Origin: Eimeria praecox | Lineage: Eukaryota | DNA length: 64,000 bases | Direction: 5' to 3' | Assembly (NCBI GenBank): GCA_963920595.1 | Contig: OY986950.1 | Coordinates: 4,464,001 to 4,528,000 of the forward strand | In this document: positions 1 through 11,870 of the stretch, in pieces | How the letters are laid out: every line of letters starts with the position of its first letter | Position numbering within the stretch: the stretch's first letter is position 1 | Notes under the pieces: generated by a model | The model's input: the letters and a program-made list of their open reading frames with translations, nothing else | Told to the model about the DNA's origin: nothing | Database searches by the model: none | Position numbers and translations under genes: made by a program

Positions 1-271
1 CGGACGGGTGAAGTACAGACGCGCCCACCTCCCCGCCACGCGAACTGCATCGTGAATCCTGTCAATTTATGGTCAGTGTCTGTCTCAGTGACAATCGTTA
101 CGCGTTCCCACTAACGGCACTTTAAACCTTCGTACATGTTTATCAATGGGCTAGCGCTCTCCAGTGCGCCAGCCGAATATGGTGTTATGACCGGGGAACG
201 ACGTCCTTTCTAGAGGGGGTCACGAGCAGCACTACCTTTCACTTGAGCATTACAGGCAAAAAAGCCTTTAC

Positions 272-1309
272 GTGGGGACCACACGACTGAGAGCCTCTCT
301 CATGGGGACCGCGAGAACAAGAAAGCGGGGGGAGATGAGCTTTAGAGGGCAGTATCCCTGCAGTATCCCTGTGGGATGCTTCTCTAACATTAGATCAGGA
401 CAATATATCTTGTGCTGCATTGTATGTTCTGTCAGGTTGCGGTTTTTGACGCTTTCACCTCCGCTGTATGCAGCACATGCTCCGCTGGCAGCAGTGTCGC
501 CAAAGACACCCCAGACGGGTGAGCATGGGGGGGAGGATTCGGCCTGGGCGCAGCCCCAAGAGGCAGGGGAGGTTCAGGAGTACTGCTTGGGGAACTCTGG
601 GGAACAGTTTTTGCCCATTTTGTTTGAGGACTCGGGGGGCGCGGCGGAGTGTGTGCCGCCTGAGGAGTTACTAACGTTTGAAGAGGACGCTTTGAGGGAA
701 GTAGCCTCCCACATCGAAGCCAAGCTTGCCCACGCACTCAGCTGCATGGTCCTGGCGGCGACAGCCCGCACCCAGGCTACAGCTGCGCGCTCACAGCCGT
801 TGATCGCAGCAAAGGACCCTAGCAGCTCTCCCGGTGCGTCGCCAACCATTCCCGCTGCCACCCCAGTGGACCCGCCGGTGGACGAGGTGCGCCAAGGCCA
901 AGATGCAGGTCCCTCCACTGCGCCTTCAGCCGGCTGGAGGGGAGGCCCGAAGAGGCGCCGACCCAGCGTAGTAACAACGAGCAGGGGCTCCCGTTCTTCC
1001 TCTCCCATACGGGTAGGGCGCCGCAGCAGCCCATCGCACAAACCCCGCACCGCGGGCAGTGCCATAGCTCCTGGGGCGTCGGGGACCCCAAGCGCCTCCG
1101 TGGCTGTTAGGGCTCCTAATACAGAAGACCCTTCGGAGCCCGCACGAGCTGAGGAAGCCCCAGCAGCAACTGGAGAAGTGCCTGATAGCGACGGCATTGT
1201 AATTGAGCTGGAGGACCTCTTAACTACATACGGGCCGTGCCCCTCTCTGATGCGCCATTCAAACTGCTTTCAAAGGACTCCTGACCTGCTGCGGCAGCAC
1301 TTCCGCTGA
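272..1309 (+). CDS. Hypothetical protein (possibly the 5' part of a degenerate lineage-specific gene)
   Basis: 345-codon ORF in repeat-poor, GC-rich sequence with an acidic then Ala/Pro/Ser/Arg-rich composition. No recognisable domain; start codon and splicing unresolved. Confidence 0.3.
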   Translation: MGTTRLRASLMGTARTRKRGEMSFRGQYPCSIPVGCFSNIRSGQYILCCIVCSVRLRFLTLSPPLYAAHAPLAAVSPKTPQTGEHGGEDSAWAQPQEAGEVQEYCLGNSGEQFLPILFEDSGGAAECVPPEELLTFEEDALREVASHIEAKLAHALSCMVLAATARTQATAARSQPLIAAKDPSSSPGASPTIPAATPVDPPVDEVRQGQDAGPSTAPSAGWRGGPKRRRPSVVTTSRGSRSSSPIRVGRRSSPSHKPRTAGSAIAPGASGTPSASVAVRAPNTEDPSEPARAEEAPAATGEVPDSDGIVIELEDLLTTYGPCPSLMRHSNCFQRTPDLLRQHFR

Positions 1310-2208
1310 TCTGGACCTAAATGCATCGCTGCCAGGTGACTTTTCGTAGGCTTACTAAACATTAAAGCAGTACTGGAAGGCAGTCCCCACGAGGCAAAGG
1401 CCCCAGGAGTGCCTGGTGCGGTTTGGGCTCCTCATGTATTGCACATCTGTGCATAGAGGTCTGTAAAGGCCTTATTGTACCGCATGGAATTTACGACAGG
1501 CCTAGGCTTCTGAGAATGTGCAGCAAGAGGGAAGACACACTAGTAGGGGGAGGAACGCAGCGACAGGGCAGGAACTCTAGTGGTGGGGAAGGGGGAGGAA
1601 CCGTTACCGCTCTGCGCCAACTTAGGCAACGGCACTGATGAGGGAGCTCCCTTCCCCTCCAGCTGTACGGTTGCATACTGTGCAGCAGCCTGCTGGATAG
1701 CTTTAACCCCAAGCCGCTGCGCGCGAGAGGGGAAGCACCGAACTCATGCACGCGCATGCACGAACCGCTAGCACACAGAACCGCATGCACAACCTGTCCG
1801 ACGTTCTCTCTTTGCTTTGGCGCAAACAAAGCATCAATCTGGGAAGAGAGAACGCAATGGTGAAGTTTCAAGAACTGGGGCATTGAAACAAGGAGGATTC
1901 CAACCCTTATCCTCAAACCATCAGCTCGAGAACCTCTAACCGTTTGCACGCAGGGAGCAGGCCCAGCTCGCACTACCAGCAACTCGAAGCTTGCCCCATC
2001 GCATTCCCCTCCATGAGGGGGAGACGAGGCCTGGTGAAGAGAGCAGTGTCTGCGCTGGACTGCTTTCTGGATGCCTCTGCCCACAGCTGTTTCCCCGCAA
2101 CTACTCGCCGCTAGTTGTAGCTAGCTTGCTGCTGCGCGTAGGTTGAGCTCGCCGTAGCTGAACGTGGCCTGTGCCAACGGATGCCAGCCGCAGCTAGCTG
2201 TGGGCCAT

Positions 2209-3778
2209 TCATCCCCGCAGTTGTCCAATAAGCAGATCGAGGAATTTAAGTGCCTGGGCCAAGACGAAGCCATCTGGCTGTCCCTGTATTTCCAGGATGT
2301 CGCCTGCAGGCCAAAAGATACACACGCCCTATTCGATGAACCCTTAACCCCCGTGTTAAAAAGGCCCCACTTGCGCTATGCAGCAGCTGCCGACGAACAC
2401 GTGAACGTGCGGCTCTGTTTCAGAAGGCCCTGGGCCAGCTGGCCACCCCTACCAAAGAACAAACCACCAAACCATCTTACACCGCATAGCCCCCCAAATC
2501 GCCCTCCGTTCTCACCCTGATCTTTGAAGCCGCAGGCGTCGAGGAACTCAATGGACCCACTGCAGACCAACACGCGGGCCTTGAAGGCTGCGTTCTCCTT
2601 CCTAACCAGCAGCAGCAGCAAAAGCAACAGAAAGAGGGTAGCATAATACGATTTCGTCACCGTAAGCAGCAGCGAACCTACTGGCGGAAAACAATATATT
2701 GCCTCCTCCAGCGTAAAACGCTGGCAGTGCTGTGAACCCAATCAGTCCTCCGAAGGCTATATAATCGAATTCACGATGCTAGTGAGGAGGCGGCCTGGGC
2801 TTCACTAAGCACTCTGGCCAGTTCTGCCTTTAAAGGTGGAGCTATCCGCGGGCCACAGCCAGTCACGGGAAGAAGGGAGGGCGCTACCACCAGCGACTGC
2901 GACAACATTCGGTGCTCCTGATTCTGCTGCCTCTGCTGCTGCTGTTACTGCGGCTGCGCTTGCCTGATGCGGTGATACTTGGGATCCGTGGGATGTTCTT
3001 TGGCATTGGTCACGTAGACGCGGAGGGTGTTGAGACACACGAGGAGCTTTTGGGGGTCTTCTTTCTTGTAGCGTTTGAATAGCGCGTTGCTGTAATACGC
3101 CACTTTCTCCTTGCCGCTCATCTTCGCCAGCCGCTCCTCGGGGGCCGCATGTGACGGATCTTCAGGCATCTACACAAAGCATAGCCCACGTCCAGACAAA
3201 CGCTGTAGCCCCTGTGCCTCCCATCCATTCACTCCTTGCGGGCGAGACCCCCGACTTGTCTCAGACAGGGTTGAAGCCCTAACACCAGCTCTCCCCTAGT
3301 CATCAGCTGATCACCCCCACGCTGCGCTTTTGCAGCCACAAATCTATAACTCCCCGCTGCAACCAAAGGAGCCCGCCACTAACCTCGCAGCCAAATCGGT
3401 CCCTATAGTCTTGCCGGAGGAGCTCCCTCTGGCGCTCCCGCTCCTTCTTGGCTTCCTACATAGTTGCAACAACAAGTCAAAACAAGCCATAGACCCTAGG
3501 CGGTAAGCATCAATCACCAAAACCGCAGCCCCCGAATCTAAACGGCAACCCCCAAGCGTGAGGCATGCAGGCGCCGCATGCACACACACCCGCACACCCT
3601 CATCTTCAGGCCTCCGGCATATTGGGAAGAAGCCGCACCGCTGCAGAGCACCGAAGTGCATACAACGATATCTGAGCTTCCACTCTTCCTCAGAATTTAA
3701 CGAAATTGTCGTCACTACGCATACATACCCGAGATATTTTCAAGGTATGTGCGTGTGTGCAGATATACAGATGTGTGC

Positions 3779-3842
<64 letters not shown>

Positions 3843-3855
3843 GCACACATCTATC

Positions 3856-3909
<54 letters not shown>

Positions 3910-5204
3910 CAGAGAGTCTATTCGCACCTCCTTCTCTCTCTGTAGCTGCTCTAGAGCCCGCTTCCGCGTCTCTTCTTCCAGCTTGGCCTGCTGCTCAAGC
4001 ATTGCCTTCGACTGCTGCAAGCGGAGCCGTTCCTTTTCGATGGCCTCCTGTTTCTCCCTCTTGATCCGCTCCTGCGATCCACACCCAATACGAAGCCTCT
4101 CCCACACGACAGCTCCCTACCACGCCTAGCCAGCATGTATGCATGCAGTCCTTCCTGTACGGCTAAAGCTTGGAGAAGCAGCATTAAAGCTTGTGATTAG
4201 CTTGCTGTATGTGTGTAGGTAAAGGGAGCGTGTAGCTCCTAGCCACAGCTGCATATCCTAAACTGCAGACTCCAGACCCCAAAAGAAGCGGGGACTGACC
4301 TCCCTAAGCTTTTTCTGAAGCTCGTAAGCGAGGCGCTGGGCCTCCTCCTCCGTCAAGGGGGTCTTCTTAGGGGGTTTATGGGCGGCAAGCTCCTCTGCAG
4401 TCAACGGGAGGTCCACATCTGAGTCATCTTCGTGCTCTTCTACCCACGCTAAGGCCGCTTCCACTGTGGCGGGACCTCCGCGAATCGCCAACAGAGCACG
4501 TCCAGCTCGCGCCTCACTGAAGCCCATCTCTTTCAGCTGCTCCAATAGCTGGCCCCATTCATGGCGCCATTCATAGCACAAGCACACGTAAACACTCAAG
4601 GAATAATCAGTGAGCAGAACTCACACAGGCAAACACCGAGACAGACAATACACAGACTGAGGGGCGACCAAGCCCACGCCCCCTTCGGAGTATCTACTCG
4701 AAGAAATCTTTGCATGCGCTTCCCGCTGAAGGCAAATGCAGAGGTGGTTTTTAGCAGCGAGATGGCGTCAAACATGCGACAGAAAACAACAAAGGTTCTC
4801 CCTCTGCAGCCCCCCCCATTGTTGCCGTTGTTGCAGTTGCTGCTGCGGCGACCGAAAGGGTTGGGTGGTCTTACGTTCATATCGACGAGGTCGGCGAGGG
4901 TTGGAGGGGTTTCATCTGCAAATACGGCAATGATGCAGCACCCACAAGAAAAGAAAACGACAACAGATGGAAACGGTTAAAGGTCGGAGGGAATCGGCAT
5001 TCTGCTCGAAGGTCAAATGAGGAACGGCAGCGAAGCTCGATTACCCTGGGCAGCAGCAGGAGCCTCTTGTGTGGACTCGGCAGAGTCGTCCTTTGGCGTC
5101 AGAGATGTACCCTCTGCATGCCCACTGGTCTCCTGGTCCTCCCCTTCGTTGGGCTGTGTGCCGTTTTCGGGCTTTGTATCTTCTTGGTGCTTCACCTGCT
5201 CCAT
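2209..5204 (-). CDS. UBA and PUB domain-containing protein (p97/Cdc48 cofactor), 8 exons, ~350 aa
   Basis: Exons 5204-5045, 4915-4875, 4548-4300, 4071-3928, 3455-3384, 3169-2964, 2601-2516, 2303-2209 join in frame (1053 nt). UBA motif LLEQLKEMGFSEARAGRAL..VEAALAWVEEH, a coiled coil, then PUB motif LRVYVTNAKEHPTDPKYHRIRKENAAFKARV..GSIEFLDACGF. Confidence 0.88.
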
Positions 5205-6409
5205 CTCCTCCACGGCTGGTCAAGGCTCAGGATGTACTTTGACAGCTCTGACGTGGTGTTAAGAACCCAAGCAAGCTGATATGCACTCCTTTCTGCGGTA
5301 CGGTGACTGATTGGAGCTCAGGTAGTTGAATGCCCGGGCCACGAAGCACAGGAGCAGCCGCTAGCCGCCGTAGACTGCAGAAGGTTGCAGGTTTTCTTAG
5401 GAGGGGTTATTATGCGTCCCCTAAGCCGGCGGTACTTCACCACAGACTTTACCTCTCACCGCCTTTTTTCCCGAGGGAAAGCTGCTAAGATACGGGAACC
5501 GAGGGAAGCCGTTGCCGCAAACCCTGTGAGATGTGGACTGAAACTCTGGCCGGCATGCGGCATAGAAAGGCACTTAAAGGATTAAACACAGTAAAATCGA
5601 AAGACAGCCACCGGAAGCACAAAAACCAGTCAACGCAGGCGGCCTGTGGACCAGGCGCTTTTTCCTTGGCACTGCTCCACTGAACGGACAAAATCCCCTT
5701 CAATTCCAGCAAGAGAAAATTGGAGTAACATACTTAGTTTTCAAAAGCTCAAATAGTCAAAACTAGCAAACAAACATCCCTCTTTTCGGGTTTGCGACGA
5801 GTCTGCATGCGGTAGCGCCTGCAACGGTCGCTTCCAACACAACACAACAGAAGAGCAGTATGAGCACCGCTCACTCGTGGTCTCCAATTACTCGTTCATA
5901 CGCTAGAATTTCCGCCCCAAGCTAACCCGAAATTTGAAGTACTATCTCAGGGGTGCTCACAGAAGGGCTCCACACTAGCACAAAGGACGAGCTGTGCACG
6001 TAGGTACAGGGTACATTCTTTGAAGGCTGTTGTGTTGTCTAGCAAGTCAGCATATGCTAATCCCTGCTGAGACCATAAGCTGGTTAGGATGTTCCTGGAC
6101 CCTTAGTTCACACTATCCGGTACATCAGCCGGTTTCTTACAACACAGGCTCTAAGTGTTGCACTCACTGCGTGGTATTGGTATTCGTATCCCTGCTTGCT
6201 CACAGGCTGACTATGGAAAATCAAGCACGTGTTTCAAGGCATTCTACAATGCAGTGTCTAGTGGTAGAGCACTCAGCAGGAGGGAACTGTGGAACATTGG
6301 AGAATTGGTTAAACTACAGTTTGTAATGTTAGCGAGTGTAGCAAACAGATTAGCTGTGCGTCTATATGGGGCTGCCCTGCGACATGTAACGAGAATACTA
6401 GATCATATT

Positions 6410-8030
6410 CATGGACTGCCTTGAAAGTCAGAGACAAACAAAGAGTTCGCAAACAGCAGTAGCCGTCCGTCCAGTCTCCCGGCCTCCTCAACGAATTCAC
6501 GATGAAATAGGAGTTCCTGATGTTTCAGACCGACTAACTGCTTGGCCATTTTCACGATTCAGCCATCTCTTCATCTTAGATTCCCCCAATGCTCTTCTGC
6601 ATATCGCAATGCATCACGGCGAGGGAAACAAAACAGTGTTCCATACCTCCATGAGGCATGAGGCTACACCGGTATGCCCTTCGCGCTCGTGAATGCATCA
6701 GCCAAACCGCAGCAACAGGTCAACCACGAAAGTTTGTGGCCAAGAAAATGAGGTATTGTATACATGGATGATGTGATTGCGTTCACCGAGAGTGTCCAAG
6801 ACTATTTACAGCACCTGAAGCGTGCTCTGCAACAGTTATGCGGGAAGCAGCGGCTAGTAAATGCACGGAAGTGGTTTTCCCGCGCAGAAAGTTTCTTAGG
6901 GTTTCGTTTTCTGCAGTGGGAGCCGAACCAGACTCAGTGATGATAAAGGTGCTTCGATCGTGGCTCCTACCCCGGTCCACCTGCACGGATATCCAGAGCT
7001 TCGTCGGTCTCATATCGTGCTACCGCAAGTTCACCCCTCGATTCGCTCACATCGCCGCTCCTCAGGCGGATCTACTTAAGAAAGGCAAACAAAATACTTG
7101 GAAGGAGAGAGAAAACGAAGCCGCCCGTTGCCCCTTCGAACACCTGGCATCCCCCCCAGTACTCGCACCACCTGATTTCGACAAGCATTTCTTTCAAACG
7201 ACGGAAGCATGTGAAGCACCAGTTGTGGTGGTGCTCTCTTAGCACATCACTGACACGAAAGGCAACAAATAATCGTTTGCCACTTGCACCGCTTCACGGA
7301 AAAGGAACAGAGGCACTCGTACGCGAGGAGGAGCTCTACGTCGTTCATTGTGGGAGTGCAGGCATTACTTGTATGACAAGCATTCACTGTTCAAACTAAC
7401 CATCAATTCCCGACACACCTGACGAAGAGTATTCAAGAGAATGATAATGAAAGAGACTTTCGGTAACTCTGGAGGCTTACGGAGCACGTCTTCAGTCAAA
7501 TGTGTCACGGGTATCGCCATCATTGTCGCGGGCACACTCTCCTGAAACTCTACGGGTCAGGCACTGTGTTCTGCAATTGTTTTTATCTACAATGATTCCC
7601 ATTTTCACACTTGATTGCATTTTCCTTACTCCTTAGATATTCGTTGGGATATAGTTCTCGAAAAGGCCAGCAAGCGGCTACGGGTAAAACATTAAAGAAA
7701 CGACAACATCTTATGGTACCAGACGAAGTGTGGACACAGCCGATTACACACGTTCCATCATTATTTCACACAGGCATTCCGATCAACATGCATGGTCATG
7801 CCTTAGCCTGATGCTAGTGCCAATAGAACGGTGGAGCCGGTTGATAACTCGGTTTTGTGCCCTAGGATGTGCTCCTCAGTTGAGGAAAACGCCTTTCTTG
7901 CCCGGAATGCCAGCGCTGGAAGCTGTGGAACACTGTTTCAGAATATGCCGATCCTAAAACGTATCTGGACGTATACATCGGTGGATATCACAGTGTGTTT
8001 ACAAGCAGTTAGAGGTTGTGCAACCGGAGT
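6410..8030 (+). mobile_element. Degenerate Ty3/gypsy-type LTR retrotransposon pol remnant (RT-RNaseH-integrase fragments)
   Basis: RT motifs across shifted frames: NKTVFHT, MPFALVNA, YMDD (tacatggatgat 6761-6772), IQSFVGLISCYRKFTPRFAHIAAP, LASPPVLAPPDFDKHF. RNaseH-like REEELY and HYLYDK. Integrase-like MPILKRIWTYTSVDIT near 7945-7995. Many stops and frameshifts; no LTRs recognised; boundaries approximate. Confidence 0.85.
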
Positions 8031-9105
8031 CCTCAATCTTAGCCCTGGACCCTCAGAAGTTGCAACAGACGAATATTTAGAGAATAAACTAGTAAAAAAA
8101 CTGCCCCAAACTCCTGCCTCCACTTATCCTTGGCACAGGTATCCAAAGGCATGGGCTAGAGGGTGAAAACGCTGACTTGTTATGGGCTGCAACGAACCTT
8201 GCTGCAGCTAGTTCTGAAGGGCACTGATGAACGCACGACCCATGGCCCCTTTGCTCCATGGGCTAGCATTATAGGCTGTGGCGTAGGCCGTATTTAAACA
8301 CTAGCCTGACCCTCCGTAGTCAGCCTGCAAGCGAGTAACGATACTAGAACCAAAGTCATGCAAGGCGTGCCGTACAAGTGCAAGCAACGAACCCCACCCG
8401 CCACAGCAAGGCCCCGTAGCACGTAGCAAATAATAGGCACAGGAAAACAGAAAATCCAAAAAGCGCTCAAAGATTAAAAGAAGCCTTCATCAAAACCGAA
8501 GTTTCTGCGTGAGCAGATACGAGTACTGTGATCACGCAGACCATACAACACTCTCGCTATGCAGGTTTAATGCCTGGTACAAGGAAACGGACCAGGCAGA
8601 GCTTCCATAAAGCGAATACAGCAGAATCAGACGGTTTATACAAGAAAGTAGTTGGAAATGCTATTCTTAGGCCAAAACTAAAAGAATGCTACTCCCACAC
8701 AGGCTATAGTTGCCGCCGACGAACTGCAGACCTTGATAGACAGCGAAGTGTGTTAATGCCTCGAAACAAATATTTGTTCGCTTCGTTCTCTCGATGCTTT
8801 TGAAGGTGGAATGTTAAAGTGTGTATAATAACAAGAGTGTAGACTGTAGTGGTGGGAATGCATGCACATGAGATTTGGGCTGGACGCCCAGGGGTGCGCC
8901 AGCAGCCCGAGCGATGAAGGCAGCGTAGGTAAAGTTGACTATATTATATATGGCAAGTGAATTTCTTTCGTTTCGCCTGCATGTTTAGCAGGGAAGTACT
9001 CTGGCCTTTTCGTCATGAAGTGATCGAACAAGCTTCTCAAGGTGGTGCGGAGAACCCAGCCGTTTCGTTGACTAGCACAAAGCAATAACGACGTCCTGTT
9101 AAACC

Positions 9106-9816
9106 ATGGCGAGCCATGCTGTAGGTTGCACTTTATATACAATTTCTTGCCAACCGCTTTCAGCTGCATGCAGGCGGAGCAGGAGCAGCAACAAGGGAGG
9201 GCCTGCAGCCGCCTCTGCTGCGCCAGCCGCAACTGCAGCCGTTGCTGTAGAAATCTTGAATTAGCAGCTTTGGTTTTGTAGAGGAATATCGATTACCGCA
9301 GCATCCGCATCATAAGTAGTTAATGAAGGCGCTCTCCTCCATCATCTTTGCCCCACGCCCTCCGCTTCGTAGACCGAAGCACTCTGCCCGTTGCTGTGGA
9401 TATAGCACGCAGATCACGGGCATTGAACGCTTCTGTTTGAGTGTATTACAGTATTTGGTGCTACTGCTGGCAATCGTGCTGCTCTTACTGCTACTGATGT
9501 TGCTAGATTTGTGCGTCATGCAGAGAAAACGCCTAATCCGTGATTTCCGTAAGCTACAGAGCGATCCTCCGTTTGGCGTCAGCGGCGCTCCCGTTCAAAA
9601 TGATATAATGCGATGGCACGCCGTCATATTCGGCCCAGAAGATACGCCTTGGGAGGGTGGTTAGCTCTGATCCACTCACGAACACAACACAATTGCATCT
9701 GAAATGATAGCGTACTTCATTGTTCTTTTAAGATATCTTTAGTTAATAATGTGTCTACGTATTCGATACATATACATATCGTCTGAATATATATACACAA
9801 ATATGTGTATATATAA

Positions 9817-9875
<59 letters not shown>

Positions 9876-10284
9876 GTGTGTTCGTGCGTATGCATGCAAA
9901 TGTATATATACATATGTATCTATGTATGCATGCATTTGTATGTATTTGTGTATATGCATTTCTCCGCTTTGGCACCGCAGGCACATTTCAGTTGGAGTTG
10001 AAGTTCACTAACGATTATCCCAATAAGCCGCCACATGTGCGATTCCTCTCGAAGCTCTTTCATCCCAATGGTAAGAAGGCTCTTTCGTGTATAGACACTA
10101 GAACCATGAAAGCTGAATGTATGAACACATTCATTCAGATACACTGGAAACTAAGCTTGAGGGTGAAATGTGGCGGAATTGGCAGACCTGAAATGCTGTC
10201 AAATGAAGAGTGGTGGCTTTGGATGCGATGAAAGGGCCCCCATTATATTACTGCCCCAATGCATATTTGAATACGTATATCTTA

Positions 10285-10336
<52 letters not shown>

Positions 10337-10624
10337 ATCTTCTTTGTTTGTGTAGTGTATAATGACGGGAACATCTGCCTAGACATCCTACAATCCCAGT
10401 GGAGTCCTATATATGATATTTCCGCCATTCTTACCTCGATACAGGTATGCTCTTCACTGTGATGCTGAAGGAACAGCCTCCGTGGTGTCAGTCTGTTCTG
10501 CCGTCGCATTGTTGTTGCAATTACTGACAAGGGATTGCTGTAGTGTTGCTGTAACAGCAGACACATTGTATTTCTCTTACCGATTTACTATGCTACTCTG
10601 GCTCATTTTATATATATTATATAT

Positions 10625-10671
<47 letters not shown>

Positions 10672-11070
10672 ATAGAGCTGAGTTTGAATATCAGGGAACG
10701 CATAAATGTACTATTTATGCGTTTCCTGATATTCAAACTCAGTTCTTTGTGCTGCTTTCTTCGAAAATGTTTACTATGACGTTTCTGTTATAAAGGTTTA
10801 TGCTTGATGCGCCTGCAGTCATTGTTAAGCGATCCCAACCCCAGTAGCCCAGCAAATCAGGAGGCAGCGCGTTTGTATGCGGAGAATCGGCGGGAATATA
10901 ACCGTAGGGTACAGCTGTGCGCCACTGAGTCTTTGAAGACCGTTGAGGCTCCGGAGTCGGAGGCCCCTGCTGCTGCTTCCACCGCTGCAGCAGATCCACC
11001 TTCGGAGGTTCCTAACAGCGCTTCACCTGCTCCACCAGCCCCCCAAGAAGAAGCCGGGATGGAGGGGTGA
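9106..11070 (+). CDS. RAD6: Ubiquitin-conjugating enzyme E2, RAD6/UBC2 family, 5 exons, 193 aa
   Basis: Exons 9106-9120, 9524-9659, 9981-10070, 10356-10444, 10819-11070 give [94 protein letters not shown]. The catalytic Cys lands at residue 88, as in Rad6. Confidence 0.95.
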
Positions 11071-11870
11071 GGCTCTCTAGGGGCAACAGCATCAGTAGCA
11101 AACAGACAGCGGGGCACAGCAGCATCTTCAACGACACGGGAGTAGGGTGGAAACACAGCACAGCACGACGGTAGCCGCAGGGGCGCAGTAAGCAACTCTC
11201 CTTGTGCGTCTTTGGTAGAAAGGGGGGTAGACTGGTTTGTGCTGCTGCGGACTCAACATAACACGTGGTCTGCTGCTTAGGAGCAGCCCAGTGACCCTAA
11301 AGTAGCAGCAACTGCAGGTGAGAAGGCTTTGGCTGCTGGAGGGGACCGGGTCCTCCTCCATTTCCAGACGCGCAAATTAAAATGGTTAGGGCCCGTCCCT
11401 CCCGCAGTTTGAGGGGTAGGAGAAGTCTAGGAGGGGCCCTAGGGCCCTCCCCCCCCCCCTCTTAGACTCCTCTAAGAGGGTCCCTAGGGGACCCCAACGG
11501 CCTCCCAAGTGGGGGGGGAGAGGTAGGGAGGGAAGGGGGCCCCTGGCAAGGCCGCATAGGTTTTGGCTGTTTTGGGTACGCTGACACAGCAGCTTCTTCC
11601 CTCAAGGCTCTACTCGCAGTCCTATCCCCTACCTATAGGGTCCGCCAGGAGCCCTCGGTACAATGGGAATAGCAACTCAACGTTTAGGGGTCCCTTTTCG
11701 ATCCCCCGCCCCATACAGGGCATCTGCGAGCATTTTTTAATAGACGGCATCTTAATATTATTTAGCCTCCATTGCAGGGGATGATGATTCATTTCAGTGT
11801 CTACGTTCTGGTGTACAAACCCTCGGGGGCCCTCGGGGCCCCCACAGCTCCTTCGATTTTGATGAGAGGC

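Noticed and set aside
5700..8900. Intact LTRs or gag for the retroelement
   Set aside because: No direct terminal repeats or gag-like ORF could be recognised by eye.
9323..9523. Hydrophobic or transmembrane N-terminal extension on RAD6
   Set aside because: Better explained as intron 1; the upstream 15-nt exon restores canonical Rad6 numbering.
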